Below the pieces are notes generated by a model that was given only the letters and a program-made list of their open reading frames with translations, searched no databases and was not told the DNA's origin. The position numbers were made by a program, and so were the translations under genes. Positions 1-12,710 of a DNA stretch of 64,000 nt are shown here, piece after piece. Numbering within the stretch: the stretch's first letter is position 1; each line of letters begins with the position of its first letter. The stretch is from Methanobacteriota archaeon (GTDB lineage Archaea > JAADCQ01 > Methanopyri > Methanopyrales > Methanopyraceae): positions 192,001 to 256,000 of the forward strand of contig JAMOPO010000015.1 of assembly GCA_027064425.1 (NCBI GenBank), written 5' to 3'.

Positions 1-677
1 TTGCCCGTGTAGTCGCACTCCGAGCAGCCCGCGCCCTTGCACTTCGGGCAGGGCCACTTGGTCTGCGGCAGCCCGCGGCGGAGCTTGAGGTACCGGCCCC
101 GCACGTACACGGGCTTGACGTTCAGCTCCAGCTTGGGGTCGTCCAGGGAGGGGCGGAAGTCGAAGATCAGCTCGGCGTCGGGGTCCCTCGGGTCCGCCCG
201 TTCTCCGAGGATGCGCTCGACGCGCTTGCCCACCTCCCGGTTGAACTCCCGCTTGATGGGCTCCCCCTCGGTCTCCAGCACGTCCCAGAGCTCCCGCTCC
301 CGGTCGAGGACGCGGTCCGGCCACCGGGAGCCGATGATGAACCCGTCGAAGTCCAGCTCCTCGAGCTCCAGCGCGGCCGCCTCCGCGAACTCGTCGCAGC
401 GCGAGAGGACGCCCTCGCAGATCCCGCAGGGCTCGGGTGAGGGCGGGTCGTCGAGGACGGCGGTCGCCTCCTCGAGACCGGAGCGGGCGAGGAGCTCGAG
501 CGCGTCGGTGTCGTCCTCGGCCTGCGCGAGCATACCCAGGGTGAGCTTGAGCGCCCGGCCGCGCTCCCGGTTCTCCAGCCCGGTGAGCCGGTACCCGAAG
601 GCCCTGCCCAGGCAGGCGTCGCACGGGTTGAACCGGTCAAGGGCCTCGAGCAGCCGCTCCCTGAGCCGCTCGTCCAC
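1..677 (-). CDS. pus10: tRNA pseudouridine(54/55) synthase Pus10, 5' part (runs off window)
   Basis: Manual translation from GTG at 677 gives CDACLGR...CGICEG, IKREFNREVGK and VYVRGRYLKLRRGLPQTKWPCPKCKGAGCSECDYTG, all characteristic of archaeal Pus10. GGGGG RBS upstream. Not in the ORF track because it is truncated. Confidence 0.9.
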   Translation of the reverse strand, partial: MDERLRERLLEALDRFNPCDACLGRAFGYRLTGLENRERGRALKLTLGMLAQAEDDTDALELLARSGLEEATAVLDDPPSPEPCGICEGVLSRCDEFAEAAALELEELDFDGFIIGSRWPDRVLDRERELWDVLETEGEPIKREFNREVGKRVERILGERADPRDPDAELIFDFRPSLDDPKLELNVKPVYVRGRYLKLRRGLPQTKWPCPKCKGAGCSECDYTG

Positions 678-729
678 GGCGATTCCCCCGCGATCGGGGC
701 GGTTTCACCGTGCCGAGCGTGCCTGAGCG

Positions 730-3416
<2,687 letters not shown>

Positions 3417-3420
<4 letters not shown>

Positions 3421-4790
3421 GCCTCACCCCCTCCGTCGGGGGGCACCGGGGTCGGGTACTCGCCGGTGAGGCAACCCACGCAGAGCTGGTTGCGCTTCAG
3501 GCCGATGGCGTCGACGAGGCCTTCGAGGGACAGGTACGCGAGCGAGTCCGCGGCGATCTCGTCCCGGATCTCCGGGATGTCCTTGTCCGCGGCTATCAGC
3601 TCTTCCTTGGTCGCCATGTCGATGCCGTAATAACACGGTGAGACGATCGGCGGCGAGGCGATCCGCACGTGGATGCTCTCCGCTCCGGCGTCCCTTAGCA
3701 TCTCGACGATCTGTCGGGACGTGTTCCCGCGGACGATGCTGTCGTCGATGACGGCGACGGACTTACCCTCGACGAGCTCGCGGATGGGGTTCAGCTTGAT
3801 CCGAATGCTGCGGACGCGCTCCTCCTGCTCGGGCATGATGAACGTCCGGCCGACGTACCGGTTCTTGATCAGCCCCTCCTCCATCGGCACGCCCAGCTTC
3901 TCGGCGTACCCCAGGGCGGCCGTGCGGCCGGAGTCCGGGACGGGGACCACGACGTCGCACTCGACCGGGGCCTCCTCGGCCAGTCGGTACCCCATCCGCT
4001 TCCGGCAAGCGTACACGCACCGACCCTCGATGATCGAGTCCGGCCGGGCGAAGTAGACGTACTCGAACATGCACACGGCGGGGCGCTCGCGTCGAACGAC
4101 CTTGGATTCGACCTCGCCGTCGCGGATCCAGACCACCTCGCCTCGGTCCAGCTCCCGCCACTCCTCCACGCCGAGCACGTCCAGCCCCACGGTCTCGGAG
4201 GACACGAAGTAACCCCGCTCGTCCCAGCCCAGGCACAGCGGCCGGAAGCCCCACGGGTCCCTCACCGCGATCAGGTCGCCGGAGCTGGTCACGATGGTCA
4301 GCGAGTAGGCCCCGACGAGCTCCTCCATCACGCGCTCGAAGGCCTCGAACACGTCGTCCGTCTCCGTAAGCTCCATGGCCAGGAGCCGGGCGATCACCTC
4401 GGAGTCCGTTTCGGAAACGAAGGCGTGACCTTCGGAAACCAGCCGCCTCCGCAGCTCCTCGGAGTTCACGATGTCGCCGTTGTGCGCCAGGGCCAGCTCC
4501 CCACCCGAGTAACCGACCTTGAAGGGCTGCGCGTTGATCAGCTCCGAGGCGCCGGTCGTGGAGTACCGGACGTGACCGATCCCCACCGGCCCGGAGAGCT
4601 TGCGGAGGTCCCTCCGGTCGAAGACCTCGGTGACTAGGCCCATCCCCTTCTTCCCGGTAAGCCGCAGCCCGTCGTACACGCAGATGCCGGCCGACTCCTG
4701 CCCGCGGTGCTGGTTGGCGTGCAGAATAAGGTAGTTGTAAGTGCCCGCACTGTCCCCATCCAGCAGGTAGCACCCCGAGACCCCGCACAT
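3417..4790 (-). CDS. purF: Amidophosphoribosyltransferase
   Basis: N-terminal MCG, QHRGQESAG, GHVRYST, AHNG, DDSIVRG, PCYYGIDM and C-terminal Cys cluster. True start is ATG 4790, not the longer ORF-track start. Confidence 0.97.
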
Positions 4791-4818
4791 GGGGATCATC
4801 CCCCGGAGGGAGGGCGCG

Positions 4819-5253
4819 TTGATCGAGCTCGTTGCGCTCGTCTTCATATCCTGCCCGGGCCCGGAGGATCTCGCCCTGCAGAACCATGCGCTGGAGGTCA
4901 AGAAGTCGTCCGAGCTCGAGCGTAGGTCATGGAGCGAGGTCAAGGTGACGAGCGAGCGGCGCGAGGAGGTCCCGCGCCCCTCACCCGGTGGGCGCCTGCG
5001 GCGATCCGAGGTTGCCGGGGAGAAGCAGGTGAGGGAGAGGGTGAAGCGGGAGGCTCCGACCGGCCGCGCGAGCGGGGTCGCGGGCGGGGGCAAGGGCGTG
5101 GCGGTGGGAAGGAAGAAGTCCAGACCGCGCCACCGGGGCGTCGGCTCCTGCCCGGGCCCCGAGCGGCCGGACCTCCTGGGGGCCCTGGTCACGTTCTCGC
5201 TCTCGGCGCTGGGCGGGCTGGGCATGTGGCTCAGCTCTCGGTCTCTCCGATGA
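4819..5253 (+). CDS. Hypothetical protein with C-terminal transmembrane segment
   Basis: GGAGG RBS before TTG 4819; fills the gap between purF and DP2; C-terminal LLGALVTFSLSALGGLGMWL. Confidence 0.45.
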   Translation: MIELVALVFISCPGPEDLALQNHALEVKKSSELERRSWSEVKVTSERREEVPRPSPGGRLRRSEVAGEKQVRERVKREAPTGRASGVAGGGKGVAVGRKKSRPRHRGVGSCPGPERPDLLGALVTFSLSALGGLGMWLSSRSLR

Positions 5254-8200
5254 ATCTCTTGAGGGAAACCTGCTCGGTGGATCCGAACAGCGTCCTCGCC
5301 TCCTCCTCCAGCAGTTCGACCTCCGAGGCGATGCTTCTCCACTCCTCGTCGGACTCACCGAACTCCTCCACGAGCCGCTTGGCGGGTTCCAGGTACTTCG
5401 TGGCGGTCGCCGGGTAGATGGTCAGGAGGACGTCACCGCCGCAGCGCGGGCACTTACCGCTGAGTGGTGGTACCTGGAACTTCGCGTTGCACTTGGAGCA
5501 TCGGAACTGCTGCCGGCCGAACTTGCGCAGGTTGCCCTTTATATCCGGTAGGAAGTGCGAGTCCAGGACGATCTTGGCGACGTCGGAGGCCTCGACGGCT
5601 CGGATCTTGCGGGCCAGCTCGAGCTGCTCCTCGAGCTTCTGCTCCATCTTCTCGAGCCGGGAGTATCGGGTCACGGTCGGGCCGAGGTCGATGGCCTCCG
5701 TGTCGTGGGTGAACTCGAGTCCGCGCGGGCAGTCCAGGTGGTTTTCCAGCCGGTCGACGAGGTCCTCCACCTCGCCCGGGTCGGCGAACTCCAGGGCCTT
5801 CCGGTACAGCTTCAGTGGGTAGTGGCTGCAGACGTCCATGTTCCAGACCTCGTCGTCTGTCTCGTGTGGGTTGACCACGACGGTGAGCACGAGCGGCGCG
5901 TCCATCAGACCGCCGCGCTTGTCCGGCAGGTAGATGCGGCTGAAGTTCAGCAGGACGTCCAGCAGGATCATGAACGCGTCCTCGTCGCCGTCGCAGTTCC
6001 GGCGCCGGGCGGCGTTGATGACCGGGTGGTTGTACCAGCAGTTGATGTCGGCGATGCCGACGATGCGGCCGACGACGCCGCAGGACGTGTGCGGCGCGAG
6101 CGTCACGATCAGGTGACCGATGAGGTCCTCCGGCCGCTCGACGCCGTACACGGGCTCGAGACCGTAGTACTTCTCCAGCAGCTCGTCGATGAACTGGCAG
6201 ACCTTTACGGCCCACTCGGCGGCCTTCCGCGGGAGGACCACGTCCTGCGGGTACAGCTCGACGACCTGATCCTCCGAGACCACGGGGTCGCCGTTCACGT
6301 CCCGCTCGAAGCCGAGGAGCCGGGCCTTGAGCGGCGTAAGCCCGATCTCCTTCAACCGCACGTGCGTGAGCGGGCAGTCGTTGCAGTCGAACCGCAGCGT
6401 GCCGTCCTTGAACACGTGCAGGTCACGCTTGGCCCGCAGCAGCCCCTTCTGCAGCGGCTCCGGCATCTTCAGCCGGCTCGTCATCCCCTTGACGCCCTTC
6501 AGGATGTCCGCCGTGCCACCCACGTCCTCCTCGGCCGCCCGCAGCAGCTTCTTGACGGGCAGCCGGGAGTAGGGGTCGTCGCCCTCCCCCACCTTCGCCC
6601 GCACGACCGGGTCGCACTCGTCGCAGTCGCACTCGTCCTCCGGCGCGTCACACCGGTTGCAGAACTGCTTCGTCTCCGAGCCGCACAGCGGGCAGACGCG
6701 GTACGGAACCAGCAGGTCGCACTCCGGGCAGATCCGGTAGCACACCTCGACCTCGTCCGACTCCTCCGAGTCCCCGCGGTAGAACTTCATGATATCTCGC
6801 TGGTTCCCACCCGCGATGCCGATCGGGAACAGCACGTGCGGCGGCGGGCTCATCTTCCGCTCGCGCGCCTTCTCCGGGCGTCCCATCCGGGCACCGATGC
6901 GCGTCGGCGCCTTCTCTCGGACCGGGAACCCGGCCAGCTTGGACACGTACCGGCACGTCTCGTCCCGGATGATCAGGTAGTCCAGCAGGTCGTCAAGGTC
7001 CTCGTCCGGCTCCCGGAACTCGCCCTCCTCGACCTCGTAACCCAGCTGCGCGGCCAGCGCTGACGCCCAGGGCTCCTCGATGACAACCTCCCCATCCTCC
7101 ACGCGGTGCGGTACGAGCAGATCCTCGAGGATCCCCTTCACGTCCTCCGGCGCCCGGATCTCCAGCTCGCCCCACTCCGAACCCCGGACCTCGATCGCCT
7201 CCCTCAGCTCGTCCACGTCCTCGGGCTCCACGTCGTGCCACAGGAACGTGTACTCCGGGTGGAACGGAACCCGGAACTCGCGGGAGAGCCGGATCGCGTC
7301 CTCGACTGAGACGTCCTTCGGGTCGGAGATGAGCGGCTGCACCTTCTTGCGCACGAGGCTGACTACGGACCGGGCGACCCGGGCGGGTCCGTTGATGTAC
7401 CCGTCCAAGCCCTTGCCCGAGCCCGACAGCCTGCTGGCCTCCTTGGGCAGCTCGCTCAGCGGCACATCCTTCAGCTTCTCGAACAGTCGCTTCGGCAGGT
7501 TCTCCTTCAGGACGTTGTACTTGACGACGTCCGGGACCTCCTCCACCCACCACTCCGGGCAGTAGGCGGGCGGCACGAGCGGGTGGTTGTTCTCGATGAA
7601 CTCGCCGACCGCGACGAGCATCTCGCCGAGGTCCAGGATCTCGTCGATCTCGTCCTTCTCGGCCAGCTCCTTAGCCTCCCGCGGGTCGTCGAGCCGCACG
7701 ACCGACCCGTCCTTCAGCCGCACGACCGGCGGCTCGATGTCGGTGACCGGAAGCACGCATGCGGCCTTACCGGGCCGCTCGATCTTCAGCTGGGTGCCGA
7801 TCACGATGAAGCCCTTGGTCACGTACATCAGCGACGGGTGGACGCCGACCGCGGCGAAGCCGGTGTTCCGCGCCCGACCCAGCCGAAGCCGGAAGCCACC
7901 CTTCGCGGACGGGTGCGAGAGCAGCGGGCGCCCGGCGACGAGATCACTCATGTACTTGTCATCGGGCTTGACGGCGGCCTCGTTTTCCTCCTCACCCTCT
8001 TCTTCGCCGTCCTCCTCTTCCTCCTTCTCGACGAGCTTCTCCAGGAACTCCCAGCCGTCCATCTCGTACTTCTCCACGCGCTTGAGCAGCTTGGGGGCCT
8101 TCTGGCAGATGCCCTCGCAGATGACCAGGAGCGCGCCACCGCGGAGCCGGTTGGGCAGGTGCGGGATGTCGCGGTGACCCTGGACCTCGACCTCTTCCGT

Positions 8201-9007
8201 CGGCTCACCATCGATCTCGATCGGGACGTGCCTCGCGACGATCTCGACCTCCTCCTCGGAGGGGTTATACTGGAAAGAACCTACCTTGTCCAGGTACGTC
8301 AGGACCTCCTCCACGTACCGGCCCACGAGGTCGTGCTCGAAGTCCTCCGGGTTGAACTCGGACAGGCCCGCCACCCGGCGAGCGTAGTCCGCAATCAGCG
8401 CGGACAGGGCCGCGGCGGTACCACCCGCCGCCCGGATCGGGCCCGCGTACTTAACCGCCAGGTAGCAGTCCTCCGGGTCGAGCTCCTTCCCACACTCCTC
8501 GCAGACCAGCTTGGGCTCGTCGTGCGGGGGCTCGGACTCATCCACCACCCGGTGCCCGGTTCCCCTCTCTCGGATCTCCACCGCAGCAATGCCCTCGAGC
8601 GGCGCCGACACGACGGCCTCGGTCATGATGGCGAGGCCGACTCGAACCGCGTAGTCCAGCCGCTTATGCAGGGGTAGGTCGCCCTTGACCTTGAGCTCTC
8701 CCTCCACGATCTCTCGAACGATCCTGAACGTGGCCTCCTCGCGGTCTCCCAGCTTCTCCTCGAGCTCCTTCAACCGATCGGCCACGTTCTCCACCTGCAG
8801 CAGACCCTCTACCCGCTCGCCGATTGAGGTGGCGAGCATCACCTCCGGCTCCGGCTTGGGGTCCTCACGCCTGCTTCGAGCCTCCTTGGCCACCTCGTAG
8901 AGCCCGGAGGCGACCTCCTCCAGGGTCTCCCAGTACCGCTCCAGCTCGCGCTCCGCGCGGGTGGTCACGGGGACGGGACCCCTAGCGGTTCTCCTCTCGC
9001 CACTCAC
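5231..9007 (-). CDS. polC: DNA polymerase D (II) large subunit DP2
   Basis: YAGPIRAAGGT, GGFRLRLGRARNTG, RIGARMGRPEK, KDGTLRFD, RRNCDGDED and C-terminal Zn finger; no intein; start approximate. Confidence 0.97.
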   Translation of the reverse strand: MSGERRTARGPVPVTTRAERELERYWETLEEVASGLYEVAKEARSRREDPKPEPEVMLATSIGERVEGLLQVENVADRLKELEEKLGDREEATFRIVREIVEGELKVKGDLPLHKRLDYAVRVGLAIMTEAVVSAPLEGIAAVEIRERGTGHRVVDESEPPHDEPKLVCEECGKELDPEDCYLAVKYAGPIRAAGGTAAALSALIADYARRVAGLSEFNPEDFEHDLVGRYVEEVLTYLDKVGSFQYNPSEEEVEIVARHVPIEIDGEPTEEVEVQGHRDIPHLPNRLRGGALLVICEGICQKAPKLLKRVEKYEMDGWEFLEKLVEKEEEEDGEEEGEEENEAAVKPDDKYMSDLVAGRPLLSHPSAKGGFRLRLGRARNTGFAAVGVHPSLMYVTKGFIVIGTQLKIERPGKAACVLPVTDIEPPVVRLKDGSVVRLDDPREAKELAEKDEIDEILDLGEMLVAVGEFIENNHPLVPPAYCPEWWVEEVPDVVKYNVLKENLPKRLFEKLKDVPLSELPKEASRLSGSGKGLDGYINGPARVARSVVSLVRKKVQPLISDPKDVSVEDAIRLSREFRVPFHPEYTFLWHDVEPEDVDELREAIEVRGSEWGELEIRAPEDVKGILEDLLVPHRVEDGEVVIEEPWASALAAQLGYEVEEGEFREPDEDLDDLLDYLIIRDETCRYVSKLAGFPVREKAPTRIGARMGRPEKARERKMSPPPHVLFPIGIAGGNQRDIMKFYRGDSEESDEVEVCYRICPECDLLVPYRVCPLCGSETKQFCNRCDAPEDECDCDECDPVVRAKVGEGDDPYSRLPVKKLLRAAEEDVGGTADILKGVKGMTSRLKMPEPLQKGLLRAKRDLHVFKDGTLRFDCNDCPLTHVRLKEIGLTPLKARLLGFERDVNGDPVVSEDQVVELYPQDVVLPRKAAEWAVKVCQFIDELLEKYYGLEPVYGVERPEDLIGHLIVTLAPHTSCGVVGRIVGIADINCWYNHPVINAARRRNCDGDEDAFMILLDVLLNFSRIYLPDKRGGLMDAPLVLTVVVNPHETDDEVWNMDVCSHYPLKLYRKALEFADPGEVEDLVDRLENHLDCPRGLEFTHDTEAIDLGPTVTRYSRLEKMEQKLEEQLELARKIRAVEASDVAKIVLDSHFLPDIKGNLRKFGRQQFRCSKCNAKFQVPPLSGKCPRCGGDVLLTIYPATATKYLEPAKRLVEEFGESDEEWRSIASEVELLEEEARTLFGSTEQVSLKRFIGETES

Positions 9008-9368
9008 GATCGCGCGACTCGACCTTCAGGGGGACGCCACCCACGTCGATGACCTCCTCGGTTCGGTCCCCACCCTTCCGCCGCTCCTCCTTCTCCTCTT
9101 CAACTGGGAGCTCCTCGATCCGGTCCTTCAGGCTGCCCGACGACGAGCCGGTCGAGCCGGTCCCACCGGGGACCTGCAGCGTGTAAGTCTCGACTCGCAC
9201 GTAACCGCCCGGGAACCGGTACTCGCGGACCTCCCGCTGACCCTTCTCCTCCAGCTTCTTCATCTCCTCTCGAACCTTCTTCTCCATCTCTTTCTCGAGC
9301 TCCTTGAGCGACTCGTCAACCATCTTGAAGAGCATCCGGAACAGGTGGTCGAACAAGCGCCTCCTCAC
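8982..9368 (-). CDS. Hypothetical protein
   Basis: 128-aa charged ORF overlapping the DP2 start, with host-like codon use. Confidence 0.65.
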   Translation of the reverse strand: MRRRLFDHLFRMLFKMVDESLKELEKEMEKKVREEMKKLEEKGQREVREYRFPGGYVRVETYTLQVPGGTGSTGSSSGSLKDRIEELPVEEEKEERRKGGDRTEEVIDVGGVPLKVESRDREWREENR

Positions 9369-9371
9369 CCC

Positions 9372-10331
9372 CTACGTCGGGCACGCCGGGTTCCCACAGT
9401 CGGTGCAGAAGCGGCCCTTCCAGCACTCGTTCGGGCAGGGCACGCCGGCGGCGCTCGCGCACGCGCAGCACGCCGCGGCGAAGGGGGTCAGGCCCACCTC
9501 GCGGGCCAAGCTCAGGATCCGGTCCTTGAGGTCGCCCGTCCGGATGTACCGCTGCCTCCTTCCGTCCGGGATCTCGTCAGCCCTCTTAACAATTTCCGAG
9601 ACGTCGAACCCGGCCCGCCTCAGCCGCTCCACGATGGATCGATTGATCCGGAACCCTCCCACCACGACCCCGCGAGCGCCCGCGTCCTTGGCCTCCCGGA
9701 GCAGGTCCTCGATCTCCTCGGTGCTCACCAGTCCAGGTAGGATAGGCCTCAGGAACAGGTCGACCGTGACCCCCGCCTCCGCCAGCCGCTCAATGCTCTC
9801 CAACCGCTCCCTCGGGGTCGGAGCCTGGGGCTCCAGTCGCCGGGCCTTGTCCTCGTCGGGTGTGAGCACCGTGACCAGACCGTTGACCGGCAGGCTCAGC
9901 GAGGAAAGGTCGTTCGCCACGTCCTCCTCGACGCGCGACTTCGTCGAGAACTGGGTCGGGTTGCCGAGCCACCGGTCGAACGCCCGGAGGTACTCCAGCG
10001 TCTTCTCCTTGAGCTCGGGCAGGAACGGGTCCGTGACGCTGCCCACGGCGATGAAGGTGCCCTCCGGTCCGGGCTCGAACCGGCGGTTGTAGAGCAGGGC
10101 CAGCGCCATCTCCTCGCCGGACAACGGGTACGGGCGCGCCCGCTCGAACTTGAATCCCATCTCCGGGATGTAGCAGTAGACGCACCCGCGCGGGCAGCCA
10201 TGCCCCGGGTGCACGGTGATCCCGCAGGGCCTCGGTCGGCGCCGAGCGTGAGAGTCCCGCCGGGCTCTCCTGGCACCTTCCCGACCCACGCGGCGCTCCA
10301 GCTCCCGGATCAGCCCGCCCCTATCCACCAC
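9372..10331 (-). CDS. Radical SAM protein (SplB/photolyase-like family)
   Basis: GCPRGCVYCY (CxxxCxxC), GSVTDPF, QFSTKS and Cys-rich C-terminus; start approximate. Confidence 0.85.
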   Translation of the reverse strand: MVDRGGLIRELERRVGREGARRARRDSHARRRPRPCGITVHPGHGCPRGCVYCYIPEMGFKFERARPYPLSGEEMALALLYNRRFEPGPEGTFIAVGSVTDPFLPELKEKTLEYLRAFDRWLGNPTQFSTKSRVEEDVANDLSSLSLPVNGLVTVLTPDEDKARRLEPQAPTPRERLESIERLAEAGVTVDLFLRPILPGLVSTEEIEDLLREAKDAGARGVVVGGFRINRSIVERLRRAGFDVSEIVKRADEIPDGRRQRYIRTGDLKDRILSLAREVGLTPFAAACCACASAAGVPCPNECWKGRFCTDCGNPACPT

Positions 10332-11650
10332 AGGAGCGTCACCCACGGTCCGGTCACCCCCGCCAGGTACAGGGTTCCCAGGAGCCCCCTCCGCATGATT
10401 CTCTTCTCGTGCGACCGCACCGCCGCGGCGGCCACGGCCACGTTGTACGGGCAGGAGGCCGCCCCGCATACGGCCCCCGCGAGCGTGACCTCGGGGTGAG
10501 GGGTGCCCGAGGAGAACGTGGCCATAACCGCCGTCGTGCTGCCCATCACCATCTCGCCCACGAGTCCCACCGCAAAGGCCACCAGCGGCATCGAGGCGTA
10601 CCGGCGCAGGAGCTCAGGGAGCGGGGAGGCGGCGATCAGCGCGCCGAAGACCAGGCAGAGGACGACGGCGACCAGCTCCCGCCAGGAGCGCGACAGCACC
10701 GTCCTCACGTGGCCCGGTACCCGGGACCACTCCGGGGCCGCGTAGGCCAGCACGGCCGCCCACAGCACCATCCAGGGGCGCACGTGGCTCAGGTGCAGCG
10801 ACTTGACGGCCCCCAAGGTCAGGACCGCGGCGCCGTACACGAGCACGGCCCGCGCGGCCCTGGGATGCAGCTCCAAGGACAGCCCATCCTCCAGCAGCTT
10901 CAGGTACCATAGGAACCCAGCCACCGCCCCGAAGGTCAGGAGGGGGCCCGTCAGGACCGGCGCCCGCAGGGCGTACCCCACCGCGGCCGCGGCGAGAGTC
11001 ATCACGCCCACCGTGACCGGGAGGAGCCGTCCGGGACTGACGTCGACGGAGTGAGCCACGATCACCGGTAGGAGGGCCAGGGCGGGCAGCTCGCACAGCA
11101 GGACGCCGGAGGCCAGGTCGGCGGGGTCCCGACCGGTAATCTCCGACGCGACGAGCACCGGAACGCCGAAGGCCGCGAAGGCCCCGAACGGGGCGTGCCC
11201 CACCAGGGCCGACGCGGCCGCGCGCGGCTTGCTGACGCCCGCCTCGGTCAGCAGCGGTCCTACCAGCGTCGTGGGCGTGCCGAAGCTGGCGACGCTCTCC
11301 AGCGCTCCGGACCCGACGAGGGACGCACCCAGCAGGTACCGATCGCGGTGCTTCGAGTCCGGCTCCAGGGCGGCGAGCAACGACCTGAGGGCATCGTCCC
11401 GCCGCATCATCTCGACCAGGGTCAGGCTCGCCAGCACGACGAGGGCGATCTCCACGCCCCTGGCCGCAGCCTCGCCCACCTGCAACCAAGGTATCTGAGC
11501 CGTGCAGTGCGTGAATAGTGAGGCTAAAACCGTTAGGGCGATGTGAAGGGCCACGGCGAGCGCCACGGCCCTGAGGAGCTCCCACCCGGCCAGAGCGGTG
11601 ACCAGGAGGGTCAGCATCGATGCTAGCGCGACCGCCAGCGCGGGCTGCAA
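10310..11650 (-). CDS. L-lactate permease (LctP)-like membrane transporter
   Basis: Highly hydrophobic; LESVASFGTP, GAFGVP-like and GSTTA motifs resemble the LctP family. Confidence 0.65.
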   Translation of the reverse strand: MQPALAVALASMLTLLVTALAGWELLRAVALAVALHIALTVLASLFTHCTAQIPWLQVGEAAARGVEIALVVLASLTLVEMMRRDDALRSLLAALEPDSKHRDRYLLGASLVGSGALESVASFGTPTTLVGPLLTEAGVSKPRAAASALVGHAPFGAFAAFGVPVLVASEITGRDPADLASGVLLCELPALALLPVIVAHSVDVSPGRLLPVTVGVMTLAAAAVGYALRAPVLTGPLLTFGAVAGFLWYLKLLEDGLSLELHPRAARAVLVYGAAVLTLGAVKSLHLSHVRPWMVLWAAVLAYAAPEWSRVPGHVRTVLSRSWRELVAVVLCLVFGALIAASPLPELLRRYASMPLVAFAVGLVGEMVMGSTTAVMATFSSGTPHPEVTLAGAVCGAASCPYNVAVAAAAVRSHEKRIMRRGLLGTLYLAGVTGPWVTLLWWIGAG

Positions 11651-11652
11651 CG

Positions 11653-12564
11653 GTGACCACCCTCGCGGCGTTGATGGTCGCCGTCAGCGGCTCCCACGCC
11701 CTATCGGTCTGCATAACCTCGGACACCATTAACGGGTACCGAAGCGACGTCGCCTTCCTGCGGGAGCTCGCCACGAGACTGCTCGAAAAGGCGCGCGAGC
11801 ACGGGATTCGCATCGACCGCCTGTACGTCAGCTACAGCGGTCGGGGTCAGGAGTACGTGTTCTACGTCCCGAGGCCCGGAGAAATGGTTCTGATCGGCAG
11901 GTACCCTCGCGTTGGCGAGGTTCCGCGCGGGTTCTGGGTCTGCCGGCGGTACGGCCTGAACGCGCTCATCTGGATCGCGGGCCGGGACGGCTCCTCTTAC
12001 TACGAGCTCAAGCGGCAGCTGCTGCGGGGCGACTCCCCCGTTCGGTACGTCGTGTACGTGAACGTCTCGCCGCGCTACCTGGTCGCCGATGATCCCAGCA
12101 AACCCGGGTTTCTAAGCGTGCTTGGGTACTGGGACGGTCCTTGCAAGATCTGGTACCCTTACTACTATCTCCGCCTCTTGGGCGTCGAGGTCGTGAACGT
12201 GAAGGACGTGTGCCCCTGGTACTCCCGGTTCGTGGAGCTGAACAGCACCGTGCCGCACCTGGTGGACGCCATCCTGAGAGCGCTGCGCCGAGCACTCCAG
12301 CACGGGGTGATTAGCTCTCGGCCCCCGTGGGTCGTCGACGCGGTCGAGACCATCCTGGGCGAGCTCGAGGGCCCGGAGCCGCCGGCGATCGATCCGAGCC
12401 AGCTCTCGGCCGCCGTCAGGCTGATCGAGGCGAGCGAGGGAGGGCCGGCGGGCCGCCGCGACTGCGCCCGGAGCGCTCCGGTAAACGTTATATATGGGCT
12501 CCTTCTGGCGGGGATGCTGGCGGGCCGCCCCGGCGGTGTAGCCCGGTCAAGGGCCCGCGGGTGA
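11653..12564 (+). CDS. Hypothetical exported protein
   Basis: Signal-like N-terminus and hydrophobic C-terminus; 3' end runs across the tRNA promoter and tRNA 5' end. Confidence 0.65.
   Translation: MTTLAALMVAVSGSHALSVCITSDTINGYRSDVAFLRELATRLLEKAREHGIRIDRLYVSYSGRGQEYVFYVPRPGEMVLIGRYPRVGEVPRGFWVCRRYGLNALIWIAGRDGSSYYELKRQLLRGDSPVRYVVYVNVSPRYLVADDPSKPGFLSVLGYWDGPCKIWYPYYYLRLLGVEVVNVKDVCPWYSRFVELNSTVPHLVDAILRALRRALQHGVISSRPPWVVDAVETILGELEGPEPPAIDPSQLSAAVRLIEASEGGPAGRRDCARSAPVNVIYGLLLAGMLAGRPGGVARSRARG
12483..12495 (+). promoter_or_regulatory. BRE/TATA promoter of tRNA-Glu
   Basis: AAACG followed by TTATATAT about 30 nt upstream of the tRNA. Confidence 0.75.
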
Positions 12565-12661
12565 CCGCGGGCCCGCCGATATCATGCGGGACTTTCGAGG
12601 CCCGCGTCCCGCGGGCCGAGGATATCCCGCGACCCGGGTTCAAATCCCGGCCGGGGCACCA
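12527..12661 (+). tRNA. tRNA-Glu(TTC) with two introns (12550-12580 in the D-loop, 12598-12623 at 37/38), C at position 8, encoded CCA
   Basis: Spliced sequence GCCCCGGCGGTGTAGCCCGGTCAATCATGCGGGACTTTCGATCCCGCGACCCGGGTTCAAATCCCGGCCGGGGCACCA folds as a cloverleaf; both introns are GC hairpins flanked by bulge-helix-bulge motifs. Confidence 0.95.
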
Positions 12662-12710
12662 AACCCGGAATCGTTACGAGTTCATTAACGATTGGCTCGG
12701 GGAGAACCCG

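Noticed and set aside
4791-5342. Long N-terminal extension of PurF (641-aa ORF)
   Set aside because: PurF starts at MCG (4790); the extension is non-homologous and overlaps DP2.
5970-6020. Intein at the DP2 CDGDED site
   Set aside because: RRNCDGDEDA is contiguous; there is no insertion.
12327-12710. 5' extension of the UPF0104 ORF
   Set aside because: It spans the tRNA-Glu gene; an RBS supports TTG 12711.
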